Part shown: positions 37,457-50,624 of the stretch, piece by piece
How the letters are laid out: each line of letters starts with the position of its first letter
How positions within the stretch are numbered: position 1 is the first letter of the stretch
Source of the DNA: Bispira polyomma
Lineage: Eukaryota
Direction: 5' to 3'
DNA: 64,000 nucleotides
Assembly: GCA_965649765.1 (NCBI GenBank)
Contig: OZ287755.1
Location: 28,892,001-28,956,000 of the forward strand
The notes under the pieces: model-generated
Database searches by the model: none
What the model saw: only the letters and a program-made list of their open reading frames with translations
What the model was told of the DNA's origin: nothing
Position numbers and translations under genes: made by a program

Positions 37457-38243
37457 CACATTAATAAGGCACGTTAAAATACAACATACAGTACAATGCA
37501 TGATTCAAATTATAATAACTAAAGACCACTAGATAAAGCACTTGTAGTCTAGCAAAGCACCACAGTGCCCAAAAGGTGATGTAAAATTCCCAAGGTCTGT
37601 CTATTTTACCCCGATCTGTTCCACAATGTAATGGCATTGTTCATGGCTCATGCACGATGCCTCCACCAAATTTCCTGTAAATTGATTTAGGTTTAGATTT
37701 TTCTTATTTTAATAATTACAGAACATAAGCTGTTTGTGAGGGCCATACTGGGATATATGCACCCAAGGTCAGAACAATATGGCTTGAGGGCTGTCAGGCC
37801 GTCGGTGATATGTTTACACAATATATTCTGGGAGAATGTAAAAGTGGTGTCACATCAATAAGACACGTTAAAATGCAAAATACAGTACAATACATGATTC
37901 AGATAATAATAACTAAAAGGACACTAGATAAAGCACTTGTAGTCTAGCAAAGCACCACAGTGCCCAAAAGGTGATGTAAAATTCCCAAGGTCTGCCTATT
38001 TTACCCCGATCTGTTTCACAATTTAATGTGAATTTAATGTAATTTAATATACCAGGTTTCCAGTAAATCGTTTTAGGATTTAGGTTTAGATTTTTCTTAG
38101 TTTAATAATTACAGAACATAAGCTGTTTGTGAGGGCCATACTGGGATATATGCACCCGAGGTCAGGCCGATATGGCTTGAGGGCCGTCAGGCCGTCGGTG
38201 ATATGTTTACACAATATATTCTGGGAAAATCTAACAGTGGTGG
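37457..38243. repeat. Diverged tandem duplication (~394-bp unit x2)
   Basis: Units start ~37457 and ~37851 and share CACTAGATAAAGCACTTGTAGTCTAGCAAAGCACCACAGTGCCCAAAAGG and other blocks. Confidence 0.9.
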
Positions 38244-38257
38244 TCAAATAATAACAT

Positions 38258-38930
38258 ATTTTATTTATTTTATTCATTTATTAAAGTCACATGTATTTAA
38301 GTTACAGAAAATACAATACACATTAAGACAATTTATCCGGCCCAGTACTGGGCTTATAATATGTCACTCTAAACATTAACTAGCACAAGTGTGTGTGTAG
38401 ATACTAGATTTAGACTAACATATTTCCGGAAACTTTTTTCTAAATATAAACTAAAATATAATTATAATTGCATGCATATACGTTTATAAATATAGTTTAC
38501 CTTTTCTTTGGTTCCATGATTTTCAATAAATATATGCAATGATTTTGAATCTTGTAATTTTATAATTAATAAATTTTCTTTTACAGATAATAATAACACA
38601 ACTGAGTTTAGGCATCCTGTTGACAAGAAATACGAACAATTCTTGTCCACCCAATCTCTCCTCTACATATCCTGTATATGGGCTTATTAGTTTTTTGTGT
38701 AATATTTGTGACAAATAAGCAAACATCAAACATACTATTGGAAGTGGGTGAACACATAATAACCTTGGAGGAGAGGTAAGAAGAACTATCCAGGATAGCT
38801 GGAAGAGAACATTGCATAATAAGGAATGTAGAAAATGAGTTCAAAAAGACATTCTTGGCCTCTAAAGAACGAAAGAATTGCCTTAACAGCTTGTCAAACT
38901 TCAAACTATTGCTACAGCCCAAAGGATGAT
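38258..38930 (-). mobile_element. Possible decayed LINE 3' end
   Basis: AATAAA-rich tail on the minus strand; frameshifted fragments KITRFK / SLHIFIE...RIC resemble CR1/L2-group ORF2 C-termini. Confidence 0.35.
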
Positions 38931-40825
38931 GATTTATGCTGGACAGCTAAAGATTCATAGCAATCTACCAAATTATACTGTTGTATTCTTATTATCAACA
39001 GACTTGTATTTGTTAACTTAGTAAAATTAAACGGGACATTAAAATAGCTCTTATGATTTCAAATGCAACAAATTTGAAATACACACTAGACATACTGACT
39101 GAAGTATTTGGGGGTGTGGTGTGAGGGAGAGGTTCCGTAGCAATTCCAAAGTATATATTTAGTTTACATACCTAGTTTTGTACTATATTACTGTGATTTT
39201 TCTTATAAATTACTAATAAATCATTGTATGTTTTGGTTTTATTTTGTGATACCGATATCATCAGAGGCTATCACTAAAGCTGCTTCAGACCCCGTTTAGG
39301 GCCTGCTCGTACATTAGGGAACCGCCTATGGGCCCATTTCACATTCTAAATCTTTTAGTGTACATTTGTGGTTTGAAGTTTTTTTACTGACATCAGACTT
39401 TTACAGTTATTGCACATTTGCGAAGATCTTGGTGGTTAGGTGAGATTAGCCCCAAAATTAGTTTACCTTTTTCATGTCATAAAGTTGAAATTTATTAATG
39501 TTTATTTTATATCAAGTGCAAATATAACTAAAATAATGGTTATAATACTTTATTTATGACATAATTTATCATTAGTCCATAACAGTAACATAGTTAAGTT
39601 AACACAAAGAAGAAAATGAATAAGAGTTAAATTAGTCTCTAATACATAATTATATTATTACTCAACATATAGGTTTTCAAGCCATTTGACAACTTTGTTT
39701 TTTCCCCCATGTGAACTATTTCTATCTTTTGTATTTGAGCATTCTTGTGCATTCAGGAAAACGACCTCACATTATGTGAAACAAACATGTGGGAAGCAGA
39801 ACTTTGGAATTGTTATGAGTTTTTTTTACATACAGATATATACTATGTAGTTACAACTCGGCTTGTCTACTGATTACTGGTGACCTCCCAATCCCCCATT
39901 ATGCTTGTTAGACTTACCTATTAGATACATAGGAAACACAACAAGTGATTTTGTTATTGTTTATTGATGGACTGCCACTGTAACAAGGTTTTATACCCTT
40001 TATGTACAGTAGTAAACATGGGGCACTAAGCTTAGCCAGCTCCGTGTGTGTAGAAAACAGGATATTGATTGGACACAGCTGGAGATTTACTCACAGTTTA
40101 TTATAAAGCTGAAAGGAGGTTAACTTCTAAACTATCAATTTAGCAGCCATATCAATCTGTTTCACCAATACATCTAGTTAGGCTTTAAGTAATTTTAAGT
40201 TTTCTGGTGACGCCTTGGCCATCTGCAATATCACTATACTATTTATCAACTACCCAATGTTCTTTAGCCCAACACTGTGACTAGGGCCTAATGATAGAGA
40301 GATGTCATTTTAAGTACTTACTCGAGCCACTATGTCTTTGGACGTACCTTTAAAGATTGTTAAAGCAAAAATGTCCACTTAAACAGTATCTATTTCCCGG
40401 GAATATAAATCTAGTCTATGGTCAAATGTGACACCTATTGTAAATACTTGTGTATCACTCCGGTATATGTACATCAGCACATGATAGAGTAAGTTCGAAT
40501 GTTAACAATTGGTCAGTATTTGCAAATTTTTTTGAAGAAATATGAAAAAAAACAAAACAGATTTCATTACCTCTAGCTATAGAAACCGAGTGATATTATA
40601 AAATAAATTGTAAATAACACTTGTAAAATTTGTCAAATAATGAAATTTAAAAGTTTATATAATGCGACATTATGTTAAAGAATCGGAAATTTATATTAAA
40701 AAACTGAATATGATTTGTAAATGCATTGACCATTTTATGCATAACTGCAATGTCATTATAATCAATCAAATTTAGCTAAGTTTTACATCGCTTACAACAG
40801 CTTCAGTCATACCATGATGACCAGA

Positions 40826-40965
40826 TTCAATGGTGGAAGAAACCAGTGCTGAAGACACTCTAAAACAACAACCTGCAGCAATTACCTGACAAACTTACCC
40901 ACATGAAAGAACAAATGGGATTCGAACACACTTTAGTGAGAGGCCAGTGATTGTAAAGTGAAGTG
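40826..40965 (-). mobile_element. SINE fragment with Meta-like domain
   Basis: Minus strand reads GTTCGAATCC B-box, then ATGTGGGTAAGTTTGTCAGGTAATTGCTGCAGGT...GGTTTCTTCCACCA. Confidence 0.55.
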
Positions 40966-41025
40966 GGAACTTTCCTATAATGACTACGTAAATAATATAT
41001 GATTTAGTTTTTGTTATTGCAGAAA

Positions 41026-41098
41026 ATGCCAATATTGACTCTGAATCATCTTATTCAACTTATGCTATTCGTTTCTCTAATACACAGATGTCAAACAG
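41026..41098 (+). CDS. Host gene coding exon 1: signal peptide
   Basis: ttattgcAG|AAA ATG; MPILTLNHLIQLMLFVSLIHRCQT; phase-1 donor CAG|GTGAGT. Confidence 0.8.
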
Positions 41099-42154
41099 GT
41101 GAGTTATTGCTAGTCTACATAACCACTATGAGTCTTGTTCAATAGGTCCTGTTTCAATTAACTTTATATTGATCATGTGTAAATTATAACCAGCTACAAC
41201 AACCAAAGGCTATTGGAAGAAATTTCATATAGCCATGCATGTCAACATTATGTGGATCTGTTTATGTCGAAATAATATATCTGGAATGTATCAGTACTGT
41301 ATCATGACCACAAGACTGTGATGACATGACTGATGATGACGTCACTTTGCTCTAAGATACATTTTACACAATAACTTCCTCAATTTGTATTGTCCCTACC
41401 CATTGGGAGAATATGATGGAATTTTGATACAATAATTGAGTGCTTAAAATATTAGATCTAGACAAAGGTAAGACAAATGTGTGTAAATATAAATTATTAT
41501 TGATTTAATAAAGTAACACACTAACCCATGCAAATCACAAAAAATACAGTAAATATATGATATATACCCTGCCCTAATAGGCTTATTTGTCCCTACTAAT
41601 CAAGTTAAGGCGGCAGTCGAACAAATACACATCAATAAAAGCTTAACCACCGTTTTTTTAATTTCTATTGTTTGTAACATATTTCTATTCTCTACCTTTT
41701 CTGAGATCAAATCAACCACTAGTTTGACTCTATGGATACATATTAATATTTAAAACTAATATACATGGTTTTCCAAATTAAGACAAACACATATAAATTG
41801 GATTACATCTTCATTGATGAGTTTACATATTATTTTAGAATTTTTGTAAAATACCTACCGGTTTTAATATCAAGGGATAAAGTGCCAAGAATACAGATAT
41901 TTTAAATTTAGGTATACAAACAGTAATATACGGTTCAGTACATTTTTTAGCTGTGAACAGTAAACAAGTTCTTAATTTTAAATAAAAAAACTATGGAACT
42001 AATTTACATGACTTTTGGCAAAGGAATTAAGGGTAGGGGGTCTTAATAGAAGACTCAATTTATTCATTTGTATTTCACTTGTTGGCAGTTTGCTACCTTG
42101 TGGGAGGGAGGTATGCACTCTACTGAATACTCTCTAGTTTGATTCTATTTTCAG

Positions 42155-42262
42155 CCTGCACCACTGACATTTGTTCCAAAAATGGACATTGTACAAAATT
42201 ATCGGGGTACGACTTCTGTGATTGTGATCAAGGGTGGACAGGGACAACGTGTACTCTAAACG
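42155..42262 (+). CDS. Host gene exon: EGF-like domain
   Basis: ttttcAG acceptor, G|GTAAT donor, phase 1-1; ACTTDICSKNGHCTKLSGYDFCDCDQGWTGTTCTLN (6-Cys EGF pattern). Confidence 0.9.
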
Positions 42263-42862
42263 GTAATACTGTACTGTAATAACTGGTTATTCTATTGGAC
42301 TTCCAATTGTATTTTATTGTATATTGACAGTAATGTAATGTACCTCAATGGTAATCGTAATTTACCTAAAATGACAATCTAATGTACGAAGTATAAATGT
42401 ATAATCATATTTTACATGAAACTATTTATTGATTGTGTTAAATTGTAAGTTAAACTAAGCAACTAACTTTATTGTACTTCAAACAGTACTTGTACCCTGA
42501 ATGGGTTTTAAATGGTACCTTATATTGCAACTTCTACTGAACTTAAACAATGATTGTATTGTAACCAAATATCTCTAAAACTGTATTCTATATATATCTA
42601 TATTTTTTTGAAGATTAATTTTGTGCATACTTAAGAACAAACCTATATTTTGTATGGAGGAAGGCTGTTATAATAATAAAAAGAACCCACAAATGTGTGT
42701 GTCACAAATGATAATAATGTAAAAATAATTGACTTAGCTGCTTATTTCTATAACTAATACTACATAGTAATACACTTATACTTTTTTTAAATTTTATTCT
42801 ATAACATAATATTTCAAAAAAGTTAACAATGATTAAACTTCCAAAATTTGTTCATGTTAAAA

Positions 42863-42985
42863 AAACAACAACAAAAAACATAACACAACAAAAACATAAC
42901 ACAACAAAAAACATAATACAACAAAAACATAACACAACAAAAACAAAAACATAACACAACAAAAACATAACACAACAAAAACAAC
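42863..42985. repeat. 16-bp A/C-rich tandem repeat
   Basis: (AACAAAAACATAACAC)n. Confidence 0.85.
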
Positions 42986-43613
42986 CATAAATCATTCATT
43001 GATTAGTATTGAAAAGCAAAGAGATATTTTAAAATGTATTACACAAATTATTATCTAAAAGGTAATTATATTATCTCACATATCATATTATATTATGTCA
43101 CAAATGATATTTTCACTTCTAATTCACTTGTAATTGTACAAGAAACAGGGATGTAAAGGTACATGGGTATGCTGATTTCATAGCGCTTTGTACCTTGATA
43201 AATATTGCATTTTACTTAAATAACAATTGTACTGTGGCTTAGATGGGATTGCATAAAAAAGTAGTCATACTGTATCCTTAAATGACAGTTTTATTGCACC
43301 TAGTATATAGTAATGACATTGTGTGGTATGATCGATTTTGAATGTGACCAATTTATGCCAGGCATCTACTATAGTGCAACAGCATTGACAAAGTTGTTAA
43401 AATCGCAGTCCGTTTCCAACGCAAATTTATGATCGGGAAGGTGACGTGGACAAGTAAGATTTCAATGAAGAGTAAGTGAGGGTGATGAGATAGATCTTAA
43501 GGTGGCATCTGAAATCAGATGGGGCTTTCTGGTATTTTCTATTATCTGGTAAATTTTTCTATAGAATTGGTGCTGCAACATAGAAGGCATAGGCGCCAAA
43601 CTGTTTATTAGTT

Positions 43614-43721
43614 CTTGGTCCGTATTCACGAAGGGACTTAGCCAGGTCTTTGGCCTTAATCTAGCACAAAAGTATACAGAGTTAAGCCTAAAATTGAGTC
43701 CCTTAGTGAATACGGGCCAAG
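43614..43721. mobile_element. Short MITE with ~27-bp imperfect TIRs
   Basis: CTTGGTCCGTATTCACGAAGGGACTTA ... TGAGTCCCTTAGTGAATACGGGCCAAG. Confidence 0.7.
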
Positions 43722-44142
43722 GTATCGGAGACTGAGAGTCTGTTTCCCCTAGTAAGCCTATTAAAAGACAGCAATGAGACAGGAGATAGGGGCCAACACA
43801 AATTTACAACTTTACATGTAGCGACTTTGGTGTTAGATGTGATATACTGAAAAATAGTAACCCTATTACAGATTCATTAAACAGCTTAGAGAGGGATCAT
43901 TAAAGTGGATTATGCTTGTTGGGTAAAACGTAAATAATATGGGGGATTAGCACATTTGAAGTCAAAGGATTTTATGACCCGTGGTTAATCTTGGTTATTC
44001 TTAAACAAAAGCTGAATACCACCACCAAAGGAAATCTATACATAGATTTCTTCCAATTTTCACGACTACTTTCTTTCAAAATATGTGCATATGTTTTATA
44101 CAAAAAAAAATGTTCATACTAAAAAAATTCTTTATTGCACAG

Positions 44143-44190
44143 GTTTTGGAACTACTTATGCGTGCACATGTGGGAATACTTATGCTTGCG
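44143..44190 (+). CDS. Host gene exon: short Cys-containing linker (48 nt)
   Basis: ttgcacAG acceptor, phase 1-1, GFGTTYACTCGNTYAC. The donor GTACAA is weak. Confidence 0.55.
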
Positions 44191-44565
44191 GTACAATGGA
44201 TTAAAACCCAAAGAAAACTACCTGACTACCTAAAATAATGCAAGCAAATCATAATGTGAAAAAAGTTACAATGTCACACAGTTTGCCTTAAAAAATAACA
44301 GAAATATCATATATTTGTATTAGTGTTCTGTGTTTACACTCTGCCATAGTTAATACAGAGACCCTTTCAGGGCACACAGATTTTTTGTGACATCCATTAT
44401 ATTGTCCAAATATTGTTTTCATGAGACAGTCTTGTTATAACCAGATAATTAAGTCGTTATAATGAGATCATTAAAGAAAATTGAGAAACTTTAAACATAA
44501 TCCTGTTACTCTGGCTGGTATTTTCATAGTAGTGTTTATTCATGTTTCATGGTTATGCTTTTTAG

Positions 44566-44690
44566 CATGTGACACCATGCGCCATACCCTCCTATTTGGT
44601 AAGAAAACAACGGCTGATGCAGTGACCGTCGCGGCATCTTCCTTATATGAATGTGAAAGCATGTGCCCTAACCGTTTCTGTGAATATTGG
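44566..44690 (+). CDS. Host gene exon: PAN/Apple-like domain, first half
   Basis: tttttAG acceptor, phase 1-0; ACDTMRHTLLFGKKTTADAVTVAASSLYECESMCPNRFCEYW; TGG|GTAAAT donor. Confidence 0.8.
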
Positions 44691-45058
44691 GTAAATACTT
44701 TCTTTTTACTGTATAATTGACAATTTAAAAACTTAATATTAATATTTTATCAAACAAAAATAGCTTATAGAATGTAAACCTTCCGTGTTCCAAAGTGCAC
44801 AGTAGTGGCTAGGAGTGTTAGGTTAGCTTTACACCAATGTGGGTTCAAATACTGTTTGTTTCTTCATGTGGGAAAGTGTTTATCAGGTAAATGCCGGAGG
44901 AGGGTAGTTTACTGCATTTCAGCGATGGTTTCTAAATTTAAATTCAGAGCCAAAATAAACATATATTATCCACGAGACCCCCACTATTTTCTTGTTTTTT
45001 AACCATTTTTGTATCTCACTTGACTGTTGTAGTTATATGTGGTCTTCAGGTAAATTCT

Positions 45059-45313
45059 GGGGCCGCGGTGGCCTAGTGGTTAGCAAGCATTGCGCTTCAC
45101 AATCACTGGTCTCTCACCTCTGGGCGGCGTGAGTTCGAATCCTGTCGATGCCTATGTGGGAAAGGTGGTAGTTCCTTACTGTGGGCCGCTGGTTTCAGTG
45201 CAGAACCTTGATCAACTGCAGTGTTTCCTCCAGCGTTTCCAACTACCTGTCCCAATATAACCTAAACAGGTACTAGAGTGAACGTTAAATATCCAAATTA
45301 AAAAAAAAAAAAA
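45059..45313 (+). mobile_element. Full-length tRNA-derived SINE (family A)
   Basis: GGGGCCGCGGTGGCCTAGTGGTTAGC A-box, GAGTTCGAATCC B-box, poly(A) tail; three copies in the window. Confidence 0.9.
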
Positions 45314-45375
45314 GGGTCTCAATTTGTGCACTGTGAACCTCTTGCAAGACTTATACCACATGTCTCGCATGTATG

Positions 45376-45564
45376 CAGGGGGCTTGATGGTTAACACACT
45401 TGCCTCCCACTTCTGGAAGGGTGGATGGGTTCAAATCTCGGCCGCATCTTAATCTGAGAAAGTTTGTAGTTACTTGACGATGCCCGGTGCAGAATTTTAA
45501 CCAACTAGTTTGCACGGCACATTATGGTATGACTTATATAATGCATTGAGAGTGACGTTAAATC

Positions 45565-45603
<39 letters not shown>
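45376..45603 (+). mobile_element. tRNA-derived SINE with (AATC)n tail
   Basis: GGTTCAAATCTC B-box; 3' end GAGTGACGTTAAATCCC followed by (AATC)n. Confidence 0.65.
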
Positions 45604-47303
45604 CATGCATGGCATAAGGATTGACATATGTAAATCATCATGACTGAACTTGCAAGTGGCATTTTAATTTTGTTTGGGTTTTACATCCTTTTCAACAGAA
45701 TCATGTTTGTTCCTTCATGTGGGAAAGGTACTCGGATCAGTCTGGTGGATTACCATGTTGCAGGACTGTTTTCTTCATATGTAAAATCTGACGTTTGGGA
45801 TATGACGTATAATGTTGAAAGCAATGTCAAACTAAATAAACAAATTTATGGTTAAGGTAATTTAAGGTTTAGCAAAGACGTTGATGCCTAAGTGAACTAT
45901 CAGTGGACTTTTCTGATACATGGTATGTTTATGGCATAAGATTATAGCCAAAAGTAACAACCAACTTGTTCTCGGAAGATATTCTGATTAGTTAAGGTAA
46001 ACACTTGGTAGTGTTGCAACCAATTTGGCACTGTGTGCCCCTATGGTATAATTCAAAGATCTCTTCAGTGCTTTACAAAATTGTTCAAATTGGAATTTAA
46101 TTGGGGTTTCTACGCTTTGAACAGCCTTGGTCATATTATAACGGCCAATCTTAATGGTAAAAAAAGCATACCCTGATTTTGCATTGACCAAAAATCAGTA
46201 GATTTCCCTTATATGAGTACTATCACATTTATGTCTTAAACTGTTAATGCATCCTAATATTTTCAATGTTACAATTCCACTTCATATTCTAAAGATCCCA
46301 AGTCTTCAGAAAAATCTAACTTCGTTAAGATGTGTGTGTGTGGGGGGGGGGGGGGGGGGAGGGGGTGCACCCTATCTCGCAGGTGACCCATACTTTTACA
46401 AACTGCAAAGTTTCAAATCAGTTATGGAGAAAAGGTCAAACAATTGATGAAGGATTTAACAGGAAAAAAAATTAGGCAAATGAGACTTTCATATCAATTT
46501 TGTGGGTCTAAATATATAATTTCTGATATCAAACATTAAAGCTGTTAATGGCCCTCCAAAAGTTAACCGAAATAATCTTTGTTGAACAGAAATACCTTAA
46601 AACTTTAACTTTGCTGAGAAAATCTTTCAGCAGAAGATGGGTAATTCATCTTAAACCTCCTCTGGACTGTCTGAGCTCACCTTAGCTGATTTCTGTGGCA
46701 ACTTTTCACTGTTGTTCTTGTTTCAAATGCCCTGTAAACCAACTCTCGATTAATTCAAAAACAACATTCTTGTAATATTATTATTATGCATTTTCAATGC
46801 GCTTTATTGATGCTAGATATCTTCTAAGGCGTAACAGCAGAATTAATTGACTCTCTTCAGGTTACAGAAAGAGACAAGGGAAGTGAGCTAGGAAGGCTGT
46901 TAATTAACTACAACCTTGAATGTGGTAATGTGAATTTTGAACAAAATTCTAGAGTGAATGAGAAGCCAATGTAGTTTTTCTATGTCAGGAATAACGTCCG
47001 TACCACCGCCCAGGTGAAAAATGACCCTGCATAGGTAGTTTTGAATGGACTGGACTTTTTTAATCTGTGACTTGTTTTGCAGCTAATCACAATGTTGACA
47101 ACATGAGTGTAATAAGTTTAATTGATATATTCGTGTTATAGATTTGTTAACTTTACTTGACTGTGAAGTTATCCTAAAATAATAATTTTGGGATATATGT
47201 TGTATGATATCCTGCTATTATGTTATGCCTGTTGTATTAACATATTATGTCAATAACAAAATTAAATAAAAACAAAACCAAAAATCATTGTCATTGTCAT
47301 TAG

Positions 47304-47400
47304 CCAACCATCAATACGTGCAGATTGCTGGTGGGTTCATCATTTGATAGCTTTGCAATCATTGACGATGCTGACTCCGTCCTCTTGAATAATTGTGACG
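47304..47400 (+). CDS. Host gene exon: PAN/Apple-like domain, second half
   Basis: tcattAG acceptor, phase 0-1; PTINTCRLLVGSSFDSFAIIDDADSVLLNNCD; G|GTAAGT donor. Completes the Cys pattern of the previous exon. Confidence 0.8.
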
Positions 47401-47967
47401 GTAAGTTGTATCTGAATTTCTTACAGCAGTGCTAAAAGTTAACACACCAAGATAGCATGCAAAAGGTAATTTGGTATTGTTTATACTACTTCATAAGCAT
47501 TATTAAAATTGCAACTGGCATTTAATTTACATTGTCCATGCTCACTCATTGCTGATAGTCTAAATAAAGTATCACCACTTTAAGTTAAACCCCTGACATT
47601 GGGCTTAAATGGAAATAATTGTACATATTATTTAGGATTTCAAATTTACAGAATACATTGTAAAGTAAATATGTTTTTATAGACTATAAAATATTTATGA
47701 TAAGGCTGAAAATTATTTGAAAATTTTGGTAGTCTTATCTTAGTTTGTAAGTAGTTTAACATGGAATAAAAAATATTATTTCGAAATCCAGCATTTAAAG
47801 AAACAATGTCACCAAATGTGATAAAGTCAAGGTGACTTTCAAAGAGAGACACTTTGCAAAGTGGCCTTCTAAGGCTAACAAGTTCACTGCTACCCTGTGT
47901 CACCCCTATTGACTCAACATGGTTCTACGGAAGTTTATTACTCAATTATGTTAATTATTGTTCATAG

Positions 47968-48165
47968 ATTGCTTTGTGAATGCTCCCACTCCGGTATGGA
48001 GCCCCTCCGGACACACCAGTGCTTGCTGGAGGGACGAGACGTATCTGAAAGCAAAGTTAACGTGTTACCCGGGCACCGTGTGGAGTGATACCAAGACCAG
48101 AACCAAAGTGGAGAAGTGTGTCTGTGGCAAGAGTTGGCCATCACAGGCGCTGGGCTTTTGTATAG
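47968..48165 (+). CDS. Host gene exon: CCP/Sushi-like domain
   Basis: ttcatAG acceptor, phase 1-1, 198 nt; DCFVNAPTP...LTCYPGTVWSD...KCVCGKSWPSQALGFCI; AG|GTGAGG donor. Confidence 0.85.
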
Positions 48166-48925
48166 GTGAGGTGTACTCATCTTTTGTATAGGTGAGGTGT
48201 AACCATTTCTTGTATAGGTGAAGTTGTAGTCATCTCTTGTATACGTGAGGTGTACTCATCTCTTGTATAGGTGAGGTGTACTCATCCTTTGTTTAGGTGG
48301 GTTGTACTCATCTCTTGTATAGGTGAGGTGTAACCATTTCTTGTATAGGTGAGGTGTACTCATCCCTTGTATAGGTGAGGTGTACTCATCTCTTGTATAG
48401 GTGAGATGTACTCATCTTTAGTATAGGTGAGCTGTAATCATCTCTTCTACTACCTAGAAATTATATTCACTCCAGAAAGCATACACATCTGCTCTTGGCA
48501 TCTTGCCACCCTGGACTACCCAGTGTTATAACAATATCTTTCAAGATGGTGTACTCATCTTTTGTATAGGTGAGGTGTAACCATTTCTTGTATAGGTGAA
48601 GTTGTAGTCATCTCTTGTATACGTGAGGTGTACTCATCTCTTGTATAGGTGAGGTGTACTCATCCTTTGTTTAGGTGGGTTGTACTCATCTCTTGTATAG
48701 GTGAGGTGTAACCATTTCTTGTATAGGTGAGGTGTACTCATCCCTTGTATAGGTGAGGTGTACTCATCTCTTGTATAGGTGAGATGTACTCATCTTTAGT
48801 ATAGGTGAGCTGTAATCATCTCTTCTACTACCTAGAAATTATATTCACTCCAGAAAGCATACACATCTGCTCTTGGCATCTTGCCACCCTGGACTACCCA
48901 GTGTTATAACAATATCTTTCAAGAT
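48157..48925. repeat. 26-bp minisatellite inside a 378-bp tandem duplication
   Basis: Unit TGTATAGGTGAGGTGTACTCATCTCT; block 48170-48547 is repeated at 48548-48925. Confidence 0.93.
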
Positions 48926-48945
48926 ATTGTTATAACAGTGGGTAG

Positions 48946-48976
<31 letters not shown>

Positions 48977-50624
48977 CTAGTGGCGCTTTATAAGCACCCT
49001 TTTGTTAGGTATGGGCACATTGAGTCATATACAGCTTAAGGAATGCTGCATTGTAAGTAAACAAGAGCTGTCAGTTTTTAAAAATGACACAGGGGCACAC
49101 TGTGAAATTGACTGACAAGGGTTGATATGGTCACGCTTACTACCCCTCAGTTTCGACGAATTGATTGCTTCCAACCCATTTAAAAAGGCCTTATATATTA
49201 TTATCGGGGATGGTTACACTACGATTATGTGAGGACAAAATTCAATTTTGAGGACAGCACTTTCTACCATCTCCTTATATAATTTTTGCTTCAGTTTTCG
49301 TATTTAATACTGTTTGGTACTAAGGGCAAGGACCATCTTATAATATATCTATTTTTTTTAAATTTGTTTGTTTAATACGTTTGGTCATTTGGTCTCGTAA
49401 TTACCGCATTTTTCCTTATATCTTTCCTCGCTTTAATGGACATGTCAACACAGATAGCTATACAAGAAAAATCATAGGTTTGCAAATATATATATGATAT
49501 ATTTATATACACTATATTGAAAGGATATCTGTAATTTCTATGTAATTTCTTCTAACCTGCTAGAACGCACCCCTTCTAACTTTGGTTTTGAGCCATACAG
49601 CGCCACACTACAGTGTGTTTTTTTGGCGAATAGAAATCACAATATTAATATTATATGAAAGTTTGACATAATAGTCACCCCATATACACATATAGTTGCT
49701 TTAATCCATTAAAATTTCTTTAGTTTGCAAGACTTCGAAACCGCCATATTTGTTGTTATTAAATACTAGTACACAGATGATCAAAGATGGCGGCCTACCT
49801 AATTAAATCATGCGAGACAGTAATTGGCTGAAAATCTGGGCCGTTTTCAATGCGTGTGCACATTAGGGTCAAAGTGAGACCTCTTAAACAATATTAATAG
49901 ATTTTTTAATCCCCCAATCATCCTATTTATACTTCAAAGCGATGCCGAGTATTATACAGCAAGTATATTACGAGATTCATCAACACGTGTTTATCTATCT
50001 GTTTACTTACTACACAACTTCGGTTTCTGCGAATATAAACAGATTTGAAGCCATTTGCAAAGTATAACAATATATATATATTACTTGTTTTATAACAATT
50101 TATTTTTTTAATATGATTACCTAAATAACCCTGCCTCGTTGTACACCATTTCTACGCTTCATTTATTCTTATCCTTTAAATATCATACATTAATATTAAT
50201 ATATGTTCCCGAGTCAAAGATCAAAGCCATTTTCGGGAAGTTTCGTTAATTGCTTCCTTCTAATATAGACGTTGGCATAATACACTATTTCCTGGCATCA
50301 ATAGTAGGTTTGCGATGACGCACAAAAGTAGCAAACTTGTTCAGTGACGAAAGGTCAGGGACGTTGCACCGAGTTACTGTAGTAAAGCGCGTGCCTCGTC
50401 GCAGTTCGATGAGAGGCACCAACTGGGTAGCACATATAAATTTTATTCTGCGAAAGAACATTACCTTTGTGATAAGAACTTGGATTGTATGGTTTAACAT
50501 CAAGATTGCTATGTAATTTGAATAATTTTTCCCCAGTTGGTGCCACAGGAAATTGAATGTCATTTTGGGAAAGAACTAGCTGTGTCATTACTTAAACTTT
50601 AAACCAGTGTTTCACAGTGTTAAT

